From Styela clava (lineage: Eukaryota), in assembly GCF_964204865.1 (NCBI RefSeq), contig NC_135261.1, forward strand, positions 9,982,001-10,046,000: DNA of 64,000 nucleotides. The letters are read 5' to 3'. Shown here piece by piece: positions 11,298-23,600 of the stretch (its first letter is position 1; the number at the start of each line of letters is the position of its first letter). The notes under the pieces were generated by a model that worked only from the letters and a program-made list of their open reading frames with translations, was not told the DNA's origin and made no database searches. The position numbers and the translations under genes were made by a program.

Positions 11298-14200
11298 ATG
11301 ACGACTCAAATCAACCAGAGTGATTTGATAGAGTACCGTACCAAATTACTACAGGTGATAAATAATTTTAAACTATTGAGTTTTTTTAAGATTCTGCTTT
11401 TATAATACTGTGTTATCAAAGTCATCAAGACGCCATGGATAACGTTATGTCATAATGCTTTAACGTTACCAGATATAACGTTACTCGAGCATCAGATAGA
11501 GTGAGAGGGCCGTCGTAGACTCTGGGAAAGTTTTAATTAATATCAAAATAAATATTTCTCAGCATGACATCGATTTCTAAGCTTCACTGGTGGTTGAACC
11601 ACGTTCTGGAGGTAATCCCTTTAAAAACGGAACCCATTCAATATGTTTCAAACGGACTGGGTTCGCTGTATATTATAAAAAAAAAACTAGAACGAAGAAA
11701 AATTGAAGTAGGCTTTCCACTCAATAATATGTGTTCAAACTTGAAATGATTGTATTCCACAGAGGTTGGAGGAGTTGCGGTACAAGCGAAAAGAATGTAA
11801 TGATTTACGAAATCAAGTAGAAAAATCTTTGGCAGATAAACTGCATGCTGAGCAGGATTTAGAAGAAATCAAAACAAAGCTCCAGGTATAATTTTTATTT
11901 TTCAGTTTTTATATACCGGTACTATTTGCTTTGATGTTTGAAATTACTTTTTTTCCATATATATATAAACTTTTTTCTGTCGACGAACCTTTCAAAATGA
12001 CGGCGATATCTCTCATATTGCGTTGGTTGCAACGAGAGAAATAGCTTGCTATTTTTCGGGTGATCGTCTGCCCGTTTTGGACGATCGCAATGACGTACTT
12101 TTTTCGGTGACGTAGTCAGGTGGGGATTTGGAATGACATATGCAAAAATTGTTCAGCCAGGCCAAATAGAAGTGCATGTGGTACTAAACTATTTGTGCAG
12201 AGATGCTGATACTATATGATAGAATGCATCCATTCCGAAGTTCACCATAGTAATAATTGAAACGCTGGTGATTGCAATATGCTGATTCAAATAGGAATGT
12301 GATAATAATGCTAGTTTTTACGTTCTTGTTTCCAGATTGAGATGTTACAAAAGTAGACTAGACACACAAAATTTTATGGTAGTCGGTCGCACCAAAACTA
12401 TTTTACTGTAGGGGATGAAATGATGTGTTAATAAGCAATTCATCATTCTTAGAACACGGAACAGAAAAACGAACAGCTTTTAATTGAATTGAAACAAACG
12501 TCGGCGTCTGTAACCGAAACTAAATATAAGGAAGAAAACGAAAAACTAAAGGAATCATTGGAAACGGCAGATAAAACTGTTTCTGGTCTAAAAAAGGAAC
12601 TTAGTTTGATGAGTCTGGAAAGGTTAGGTGTAGTTAGACTATCTTTTCTTGATTTGATTATACATTTTATGTCAATAACCATATCACATCATGAATTGAT
12701 TGAAGTTTACTGAAAAAAATTAAATTCGTTATTTTCGTTACGACTCGTTCGACTTCCGTTACTTATTTGACTTAATATTTCGAAACTCCTTTTTTGTTAT
12801 TGCCATTTTGTAAAACAACTCTCGCGTGAATTGAGAGTTGTATAATTTTCCTTATAGTGTACGTATGCTGTATGATATTATATCAATGATAAATTCTGCC
12901 ATAAAAAATGATTCTTATGAAGAAAAAAAATTATTAGAAAAGATTTACCCCAGTACCTCTCGCCATTATAGGCTATTCAATCACCCGAAATGACCATATC
13001 AAATTTATTTATTATAATAAGTGAATTTGACGCAATTTTTTGTCGGGCCGTTTGACCTAAAGGAGGGATCCCAAATTCACCGTACGTACTCTTGTATTGT
13101 AATTATGTAGGTGTTGTATAACACCATTTTCCGTTACACCACTTTTCTTATTCGGGTGTTAATATATTTTAGACATCATTTGGAGATCAACTTAAAACAA
13201 GCAGAACAAAAAGCATCTTCTAAAGTAACTTCCACAAGCGCCGTTATTGAACGTCTGAAATCGATTGAATTGACGACAGAAAAATTGTCGAAGTTATTGC
13301 AAGAGGTTTGATTACTTTTTACACTTAATCAAATATAAATTCTACGTTGTTAACTAATGATTGTACTCAATATCTCACAGACCTAATATTTCGTTCCATG
13401 ACTCGTTTGGCTCATTCGTATACGAATACACAAGCAGTTATTGATATAGAGGTTCCATGAAGCTTTGTATTACAAAAATCCTGGTACGACAAACAGCCTA
13501 TTAATTAAATTTAGTGCACAATTTACAGTTTTATAATGGTAAAGAAGAACGTGGATCAAGAATATTCAACCAATGTCTCAAAAGGAACTTGCTCTGTCCA
13601 TGGGTCGTGTATTTACACATGCAACACTTATATCAATACTGAGGCAATTTTCGATACTCGATTTTATGAAATACGTGTGTGAAAACGCGGATTCGCATAC
13701 ACACGAAAACCGAAAAAGGCTCATTATGCCGCATTAATCCGTTATTATCCTGGTCCATCATTTTTTCAGGGGTTTGTACAAATAATAATAACATTTAATA
13801 CAAATAAATAATAACAATTTATATCTATCCCATCCCTATACTATAATACTATAATAGTAGATCACTTATTGCTAGTTTAAATTAACGTCTTTTCATTACC
13901 AATTTCCAATTGATGGTAGATGGAGATGGTATGTTTTTTCTACAATCCGTGACATGGCGGGTCACCGACAAAGAAAAACGCGAGTAAGTGGTTCGCCATC
14001 TTTGAACTTTTTACTGAATACTTTCCTATTTAGTCCACAGCCGCTCAAACATTGCTTCGAAAGAACGTAGAATCTTCGAAAACTATGAATAGAGAATTGG
14101 TTCGTGTATGCGCACATGGAACATGTTTAATCAATGAATACAAGCGGGAGAAAGACGATCTTCAAAAGCGGGTAACCGTAGCAAAGCTTAAGATAAAAAT

Positions 14201-17200
14201 ATTGTATTTCCAAGTCATGCTTCAAATACATTTAATGCATTAACGACTAATTCTCGTATATTTATTCACAATTGAGGATCTCAATTATCGTCGAACTTTA
14301 TTTCTACACCGAAAAATTTCCCGTTGTTGGCTTTTTCTCAGAGCTGTTTTTCTTATAAGTTTAAAGTTTTTTAAATCTCAGCTACGTATATTTTTATTAC
14401 CAATGCCTTCACAAGTGGAGCTCTTAGTGCGTTATCGGTGCCTTGTGACACTTTTAATTTATCGTCTTTTGGGAAAATCTATTTTTTTTACGAAGTAGTA
14501 TTAATTTATAGCTTCTAGAGCAAGAATCGCGATATCGTTTACAAGCACATGATGGAGAATTGAGCGACAAAGAAAAGATTTTGACTAGCCAGGTCAGAAT
14601 TTTTTTACGTGAGATATTTTGCTTTGTATAAGACGCCAGCTAAGCAAATAGATACTAAAAATTAGAAAGGTGTTATATTTTGAAGGCCGATTACTTTCTA
14701 TGTACGCTATCTAGCGTATTCAATTTATTATGTGAGTTGAAATTGAATTAACTTGTAGATATTTTTCGATTATTTAGATTTTTAAATATTGTTTTATCAA
14801 AACTGTTGAATCAAACTATGCAAACGTATGGTAACAACCCATAAGCTCATTAAAAGCTCGTTTTTAACATTTTCTTGGGAAGTTTCGATAAATTGCGGAA
14901 AATAATATTGTGTGTTTTAATACATTATTAGGTTTGTGTCATGAAAAACTGGGTAGAATATTTCCTTGTATTTTACACTATAGATATCAGATATGAAAAA
15001 CGAAATTCAATGTCTTGAAGATCAAAATATGAAGCAAAAACAAACCATACACGATTTGCGTTGTCGTCTTCTAGATGCAGAAAATTGTAGGACCGATGCA
15101 TTGAAGATCGTCGAATTAAAAAAAGGAGACGATAAAGACGTAGTTGGTAAATTGTGCTATTTTTCTATGAAGAATAATTAATTTAGAAGGGTTTATTAGT
15201 AGACTGGTGTTTTATGCGAATGACATTACATGCGAATGTCAACTTATACTTCTCAGTACATCAAAGCAGCACCATTTCAGTTCTGCAAATATATTGATTT
15301 CAGAATTGCAACGACGATTGGAATTATTTGAAAATACCTGTATACAATTAGAAAATACAAACAGTGATTTGATGGACAAGGTAGAGAAAATGAAAGCTGA
15401 ACACGGAGAAGAGGTAGGTTAAGTCACAATGAGTGCAATTATATCATTGTTGATGCCCAACATATGTTTCATAAAAGACGACTTTTATTTCTTATAGTTA
15501 AAATCATTTTTCTGCTCAAAACTTCATTTTTTAATTGTATTGAAATTGATTTGAAAGTATTAGAAAAATTCTAATTACGTTCTATACTGATAACCTACGT
15601 TTTCAAGATATCGCAAGTAAAAATGGAGGCAAAGCAATCGGAAAACGAAATGAAGAAGCAGATTGAAACCTTAAAATCAGAACTAATTGAAGCAGAAAAA
15701 AATATTGTAAACACAAAAAGCGAACTGTCAAAACATATTGACACGGAACGGGATATGAAAGGTAAAACGATTGCGGTATAAGTTTCAAAGCAAAATTACT
15801 TTATATTCAATTTATCATTCTATGGACATTGATGTGGGAAGTGGATTGTTGTCGAACTTGAAATATCAAACGTTTAAGACCAGCAGTTTTAGGCCATATT
15901 GTTTCAATTAAAGTTTTGGTAGTTAGTTAAAAACAAAATCGTATTTCGGACGTTATGTTATTTTATGCTACTACAATAATATTATTATTATTCAATCAAG
16001 ACAAATATCTACTCTGGCCCTTATTACATTAAGAACAAATTTTAAAATTGATTGTTGTTTTTGTATAATGCCAAATAATTTAAATATGTTTTAGAATTTT
16101 GTGAGTGGATTTTCCATAAGTAAATTTTTTTTAGACTTTTTGTGCCCTGCTCGTACTCTGAATTATTGAAATATTGTATAATTTATTTGTAACATATTTT
16201 TTAATTAGTCATTTTGTTCTTGTATTTCAATTGTCTGCGTAATAGTGAGGAGAATTATATTTAGCAGAGCTCAAAGTGAGATTTGATTCACACATGCGCT
16301 CAAAAATATTTTGCAGAGCTTAGAGTGAGATTTGATTCGCTGGAAAACGACAAACGTATTTATTGTGAGGAATCAATGAAATTAGGAGAAGAAAACAAAT
16401 CTTTGATGGAAAAACTTGAAAATTTGAGCAAAGAAATTTCTAAGAATGAAAACAAAAAGGATAAAGCCTGCTATGATCAAGAAAGTCAGACAGAGGTACT
16501 TGAAAAAAATCACTTTGACACCATTGTATTACTCAAAATCTGAATTTCATTCAGGTTTTCCAGAATATTTGAGCAAAAACAACTATCGAGTCTTTAGAAT
16601 AAAAACAATTTTACCAATTTAATGAATTCATTTATAAATTAGACCGCATGGTATGCCGATGGTGGTTGATATTAGATTCCAACAAATCTTACAAATATCG
16701 AAAATTAAAACAGACTTATTTCATTATTCTGTTCCGAAATAAACTCATTTAAAATAATAATTAAAATTTCATAAAATTCTCTACTTAGATTTAATTTATA
16801 AAATATAAAGATTATGCATGTTTTATGTATGTTCGCTGGCAGAAACATCGCGACCGTTCACGTAAAAGCAAGGTTAATTAATACACCAATAACAAACTCC
16901 ACTGATATGTAGATTTTTCCCACCAAACGAAGTTAAATTGGAACAAAGCTTTAATTGTAGAGATTTACTTGACCTGCTGGAACTAACACATTAAATTTAA
17001 ACTTGTATTTAGTATGGTAGATTGAAAAACGTTTGTTGATATTTCAATTCTAAAACAAAAAATCTTATATACAGAAGCTTTCGTATATTGCTTTCAGAGT
17101 GTGACTGAATCTTCTAAAATGGAAGCTGGCTTATTAAAGGAGAGCACAGTTACAATTCTACCTGACCTATGCTCAAATGTAAACAGCCAGACTTCTACAC

Positions 17201-18438
17201 ACACCCGAGAACAACCGAATTCCGCGACGGATACCGGAATTACTAAACAGAATCTGATTTTAAAAAATAAAATAGGGGATACGGTATTGAATGATAATTC
17301 AGAAATGATGCAAAAACAGGTTGAGATGGGAAACGATTTTGCAACGAAAGTTTCGGATGAACATTTGTTGATCGATTTGAATAAATCGAAACAAGTAGGA
17401 GCTTGTTTGGAGGAGATTTCAGGAGATACAAAACCATTTGTACAGTTTCATACTGGGATAAACGAAACACTGGAAAGTAAGGATAAAGAAAAAATATCGA
17501 ATTCCGAAAGTATTGAAACCAATAATTCTACAAAAATTGTCTTCAAAAATGTAGACAGTACCGTTACGTCGAAAACGAATTCGGAAAATTCTGTCTCGCA
17601 TGGTAGGAAAACGAAATTTCAAGTTTCATTTACTGAACAGCAACACCATGCAACAGACTCTGAAATTTTGCATTCTGAAGGTGTGGAGAGTAATAACGAT
17701 TTTTGGAACGAAACAAAAAAAATTGAATCTATTGAGCATGTTGGCGAAGATAGCAACAAGCGTTACATTACCGACGTTGAGGATAATGAAACTAAACAGC
17801 CCTGTTCTTATACCACTCGAAAAATTTTCAATAAAAATTCAGATTCGACAAATTTCGATCAAGATTCGACGGTTTCTCGTCAAAATTTAGCAAAGAAAAG
17901 GAAACTTTCTAGTACTCCACCAATGTTAGACAATTCTTCGCAATGCAGTCAAATAGACACCGCTCCAATTTTGAAGCAATTGCCGCTAAGATCGATCAAA
18001 AATTTTACAAAGCAAGTGATGTCCAATAAGCCGCAACCAAAGCAGCCAATTGTTCGCTACAAACCTCTGGATATGATACCCAACACCGGTGATACAGGAT
18101 ACGCAGACCAAAATGATTTTCAAGAAACGATTGTTCACCAAGAATACGCCCCGAGTCTGAAAGAGTCACGACACAGCTTTCGGCCATACACTCAAACTCG
18201 TTTTTCTGAAGATTATGTTTGTCTCAAGGAAAGGCTAGCGACTAAATTTTTAAAGCACCCAATTTCGAGAAAAGAATCGCCATCTCGACAAATACCAGAC
18301 GCACTAGTATCCGGCACATCTGGAGGATTTTCTGTGGGTTTTCGATGTCGAAATGACCCTAGGAAATCTGGTTTCGTTCCGGCTAGCGATGACGACGACG
18401 CATTAATTGAAATTTGCGAGTCTGATGATTCACTATGA
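11298..18438 (+). CDS. Coiled-coil protein, ~882 aa, CCDC73-like
   Basis: 11 phase-compatible GT-AG exons: 11298-11354, 11763-11885, 12453-12622, 13173-13305, 14034-14171, 14512-14592, 14984-15146, 15304-15413, 15608-15761, 16317-16495, 17098-18438. The N-terminal half is E/K/L heptad-rich; the last exon is long and low-complexity. LIEYRTKLLQRLEELRYKR and later segments match my recollection of the CCDC73 N-terminus (LLDFKTSLLEALEELRMRR). The gene model is solid; the orthology is tentative. Confidence 0.75.
12090..12192. repeat. Dispersed repeat (TGACGTACTTTTTCGGTGACGTAGTCAGGTGGGG...GTGGTACTAAACT)
   Basis: Recurs as tandem pairs at ~50825-50923/51018-51118 and ~60350-60450/60545-60645. Confidence 0.6.
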
Positions 18439-18531
18439 CGTCATAATTATTTTTATAAACGATTATTCCCTTTCAATAGAACAGCATTCGGAATTGAAAT
18501 CGTCGTTTTCCTAGTGAAACGATACAGTACA

Positions 18532-18558
18532 GGGGGGGGGGGGGGGGGGGGGGGGGGG
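18532..18558 (+). repeat. Poly-G tract (27 G) downstream of the CCDC73-like stop
   Basis: Directly visible homopolymer. Confidence 0.9.
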
Positions 18559-19286
18559 TCAACTTCTCCTATGTAGATAGTGGAGGTAAACGTTGGTCCG
18601 AGTGTTTGTCAAATTTAAAACAGTGTTTCTACGAATTGAAAAAAAAGAAGAAGAAATATTTTGGTTGAATTATTGGGGACACTAACCTCAAGAATACGAA
18701 CAAACTATCCGCATGCACAATTGATATTCAATAGTAGTTGTAAACGCCATCAATCTGGTTGAGTTAAATAAACTTATGACACTATTTTGGATCTTTAGAT
18801 AAAATTTTTCTATAATGCTCTTATCAAATGCAACTTCATAGGTTGTTTCTGACAACGTTATCTTTTAGTTAATTCCACATTTTTTATATTATTATTTTTT
18901 AAATTCTTTTTGGTTATTCCTTCTTTTAATGCAATAAAACAAGATATCTAATCTGACATGAAAAGTTTTACTCCTCCAGGGACAAAGTGTACGAAGTCTT
19001 ATTTTTAAAATTGATTTGGAATGGTTGATTTTGAAAATCATCTTCACGACTGCCAGATGGCAGGCAGCTCACAGGAAAACTAAAAATCTCGACGTTATAT
19101 TCTGTAGAATTTTTCATGTGAAGCATAATGTTTTCATATATACAAACAATTTCGGTTAAATTTGGTTATAAAGTATTTTTCGAAATGTTTCTTAGATTGT
19201 CATATATTGTATAAAGTTCTAAAGGCGTTTATGGATAACAGTCTATTTCTCCCTTATGGGGCATATATGTAGTGAATTGCTTTTTT

Positions 19287-19499
19287 GGCGCTCCAGAAGT
19301 ATGTGTAGCAATATGGAGGTGACTAATTTTGTTCGCCTATTTTACATCAAGTTTTGGGAAGGGACAGAAACCTATGGGCAGAAAGTATATTCACTTGGAT
19401 AACACAGACAGTGCCAAACTCGCAATGTAACTAAAAAAAAGAAAATCGGAATAAAATCATGGCCTAACCCCAACCTGGTACACATACTACGGAAGTACC
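19287..19499. mobile_element. Small MITE (GGYGCTCC..AAGTATGTGTA family)
   Basis: Imperfect TIRs GGCGCTCCAGAAGTATGTGTA / TACACATACTACGGAAGTACC, flanked by CTTTTTT on both sides. Related to 19753-19850 and 31769-31885. Confidence 0.55.
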
Positions 19500-19752
19500 C
19501 TTTTTTAAATAAGCTGAAGCAGAAAGATTTTAAGTTGTTGAAGTGTCTGCCTGAACATTGCTATGTTCGGATAAAGGTATTTCACTCTCGGTTATAGATA
19601 TATATTAATGGTGAGAAAATTGTATACCAATGTTTTGTGTTTGCTGAGATCAATTTTATGCTGTCATCTCCAGCTCACATTAAAACCACAGTATGTATAC
19701 GTTAGGGTACTGAATTTGAGAACTGGAGCAGTTGTGTGATTTGGAAATTATC

Positions 19753-19850
19753 GGAACTCCTTAAGTATGCGCACCAAGATGGCGCACAACCTGAACTCAG
19801 GTTGGGGTTCAGGTTGTGCAACATCTTGGTGCGCATACTTCGGGGGAATC
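19753..19850. mobile_element. Hairpin MITE, ~100 bp
   Basis: 34-bp near-perfect inverted arms at 19763-19796 and 19807-19840. Confidence 0.65.
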
Positions 19851-20697
19851 AAATAGATAAGTGCATCATCTGAAAATGGTTCAAATCGGGCATCACGTCA
19901 ACAACATATTGTTATGGTGCGTCATTCATACTCCGCTTGACAAAAATAAATGTGTGACCGCGTTTCCCCGATTTAATAGCAAAGTCGTTGGCAAAAATAC
20001 GTTTCAACACGGAAATAAACTTTATTTACCCGTACTACCTAATACATTTTCGAATGAAATATTTTGTAAATAATGAAACCTGACACAGTTTGATTTTAAT
20101 GAGTTGTAACAAAACCCGCGGTATTTTGTTGGTTAGGGTAGTCAGGCCAGTAGTCAACTACTTTAATATTATTTTTAATATTGCAATATGATAATATATT
20201 TTCAATTTTCATCGTATTGGGTATTCGACTGACGATATTTATCTTCATTTTATAAAATTGGAGTTGATCTTGCCAGATTTAAGGTCTGATTTAAAAACAA
20301 TAGCAAGTTGGCATACTTAAACGAAGACTGTGGGATAACGAACTAAGTATTTTAAAAAGCGTAATTGTGAAAACGTTTCTTGTGCAGTCTTGAAATAGAG
20401 ACACGTTCGTATCGCCTCAAAAATGTCAGATTATTTAAAGAAACCTTTATTTCTCTTGGAAAGGAGGAAATTATTAAAGATTCAGTAAATATAATATTTG
20501 ATTTTGATTTATGATAAATTTTGTTTCATTTTACTCTAAAATGAACTTTACACTGATTAATCTGATTGAACTAATTAATATCTTCTTCTTTATTTGGTTA
20601 CTATAGGAATATGCAAATAGCGTAGTATTGTTATTTGAATATATATTAATATTCATAAAAAATACCTAAAAGCATTTCTAGAAAAACCCTACTGGAC

Positions 20698-23600
20698 ATG
20701 GTTAACAAGACAGTAATCGCAGCTGCAGTAGTAACGTTATTGGCTATCGCTTGTTATCTCATAGCTCTTGCGACGCCCAATTGGGCATATTCTGCGAAAA
20801 CTGGGGCATCAATTGGTTTATTTCAGATCTGTGGAGTGAATTCTGCTACTGGTGGTTGTGTTCCTTCGCAAGGTACGTTGTGACATATTTATGCTAGAAA
20901 GTTTAAACAAAAACAATCAATATTGAATCACCATGTCTGATGTTGTTTTATTGGTTGAATCTACTTATTTGCTAGGCTCTACTAAATACCTATGAATCAT
21001 GAGAGTTATTTACGACCCAGCAAATAGTGGTTGGGGCGAAGCATGAAGCAGTCCAGGTCATTATAAACATAAAAACAAATAAGGTGTAATGAATTTTACA
21101 TATAATAACTGAAATTCAGGGTGAAACTTTTTGACAGAATATAGACTACAAAAGTAGGCTTACCATACGTCCCGGTTTAGCCGGGACAGTCCCGGTTTTG
21201 ACGAGCTGTCCCGGCGTCCCGGCCGGTTGACTCAAATGTCCCGGTTTGTCAGCACGGCTGTCATGGGTGAAAAATTCATATTCCTTATTGGTACAAATTT
21301 TTTTTATTGGTGGCAGCCCATTTACCACTGTTTTGCGACACACTTCGCTAGTTCAGAGAGTAAAAAATTGCTCTATTGTTATGTCACAATCGGTATATGT
21401 TTTAATGCGTTTTCTGGCGTTAACTACAATGCCGTTAAGTTGACGAAATGCCATAAAAAAGTACAAACTTTCTAATGAGTTGAAAGGAGATTTTCCTTAT
21501 TTTGCGCAAACTGAAGGAGGAAAGGTACACTGTACGCATTGCAGATCTGTTTTTCTATTAGTCAAGACGGTCGTTCTGATGTCAACGATCATATCCAAAG
21601 CAGGAAGCACAAAACATTGAGGCATCGACTCGACTGACCAATTTTTTGCGATAACAAATTCGGATGATTCTTTGTCGTTGGCAGCCGACATTTGCCTATC
21701 ACACAAAGTTTTGACTGCACCTCTGAATTAATTTTAATTTTTTTAGCCTAAATTTGCATTAACTTGTAAATATACACAGTTAGAATTTCTGATGTCCGCT
21801 GTCTGATAAGCGGATTCGCTGATTTTGCACGTTTAGCCAGAAATAAATGAGAGTCGATGTTTTTAATTGAATTGCTCCGCTGTTCTCCTCTGAACCTAAT
21901 GATGATTTACTTTAGACCAGTTTCGTATCAGTAACCTTCGATGCATCAAACAGAAAGAATTTAAAGCTTGTTCCAGTTGTGGTTCGTTATTTTTTTACCT
22001 GATGTTTGTTGCGCTCGATTCTATGTAGCCTGGTTACTTCTCACGCACATTAAGAGATTGGAGACTTCAAAAACGCGTCCCAATACCCCAGTCCTGACCC
22101 CAAACCTATATCGGTTAATTGTTACAACTAGTCCGTGCTTTCAAGCAATTAAAGTCTGTAAACAGCGGTTAAAGTGCCGCCAGATTCTTCTGTGCCTTTC
22201 AAGTGCTGCCCCAATATAATTCAACTTGAAATCGGTGAATATCTTTAATAACAATCAACAGACACTTCAAATCAAATCTCGAACATGAATCAGGAAATTA
22301 GAACTTGTCGGGTACCGGAAACGGAATGTTGTTAATGGAACGTAACGTAACTCTTGATACCGGGTATGAGGAACGTAAAGGAACGTTGTTAATGGAACGC
22401 AAAGGAACGGTTTTCTGCCAAAATAATAGATAAAACTAAATAGCTTATATGGCACAATTAATCGAATATAACAGTATTACCATTTTTACAAGCAATAACA
22501 ATTCACATTAATTAGCAGATAACCATATGTCACAATTATGTACAGATTAAATCACATAGGATAAAATAGTATTCACAATACCAAATACAGAATAAATCAT
22601 ACAAGATAAAACAATATTTACATACCGAATGTTTAGGATCTCCAGGCAACTCAATTCAACAAATTATAATCCAAAGTAAATACAAATTAACTTATGTGAC
22701 TAAATACAAGAAACAGCATTTATCATTCTATTTGGACTATATTACAACCCTAACCTGTATCCCTACATTATATTACAACTCCAGTATAAACCGTTGATTT
22801 TAAACCCAATTAATAACTTCAATTCGAATCGTTTATCCTAACCGCGAATAGTAAACCCAATATTAAACACGATAAACAACTACTAGCGCAATAGATTACA
22901 CTGGATACAAGACAGAAGGTGCCAACTCATCGAAGCAGCGTGGCGATAATTTAGAATTCCCGGGATTAATCGAGAAACAGGACTCTGTCGCAATAATGCT
23001 GCGTCGATACGTTTGCAACGTCTGCGTAACAACGTAAAACGTCATCAAATTAGAAACACGTTATGATTCTCGCTAACATTCCCCGCCCCAAATGTAGGAA
23101 CGAAGAGAATACATCTTACAATTCAAAAAGAAAAAGTGAGAATCATCACAAATAAGTAATACAACTAACAATGAATTACTCATCAGCTCTCTGAATCATA
23201 CAAAGTTTTGCTATTGGTCTTCTTAAAAACCCATGAGAAGTTTTGACAGTCACTTGTCTGACAGCTCCAAATTTGTCTGGTATAACTTCCATAATTCTGC
23301 CAGTCAACCACTTCCCTCTTGGTATTGTGTTGTCAACCAGTAACACAAGATCATTGACTTTGAAATTGTCTTCCTTCTTCAACCATTTATGTCGAGCTTG
23401 TAGATTGACAAGTACTTCTCTGGACCATCTTATCCAGAATTGGTCAGCCAAATATTGTATTTGACGCCATCTTCTTCTCGCATAACAATCTTTCTTGTCA
23501 AATATTCCTGGTGGTAAATTTGCTTTATGCTTCAGCAACAATAAATGATTTGGTGAAAGTGGTTCTTCATCCAAAGGATCCATACTAATAGGTGTAAGTG

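Noticed and set aside
22267-22455. Identical 62-aa ORF at 22267 and 29520
   Set aside because: Lies within the two LTRs over a small internal tandem repeat; the identity reflects LTR youth, not coding constraint.
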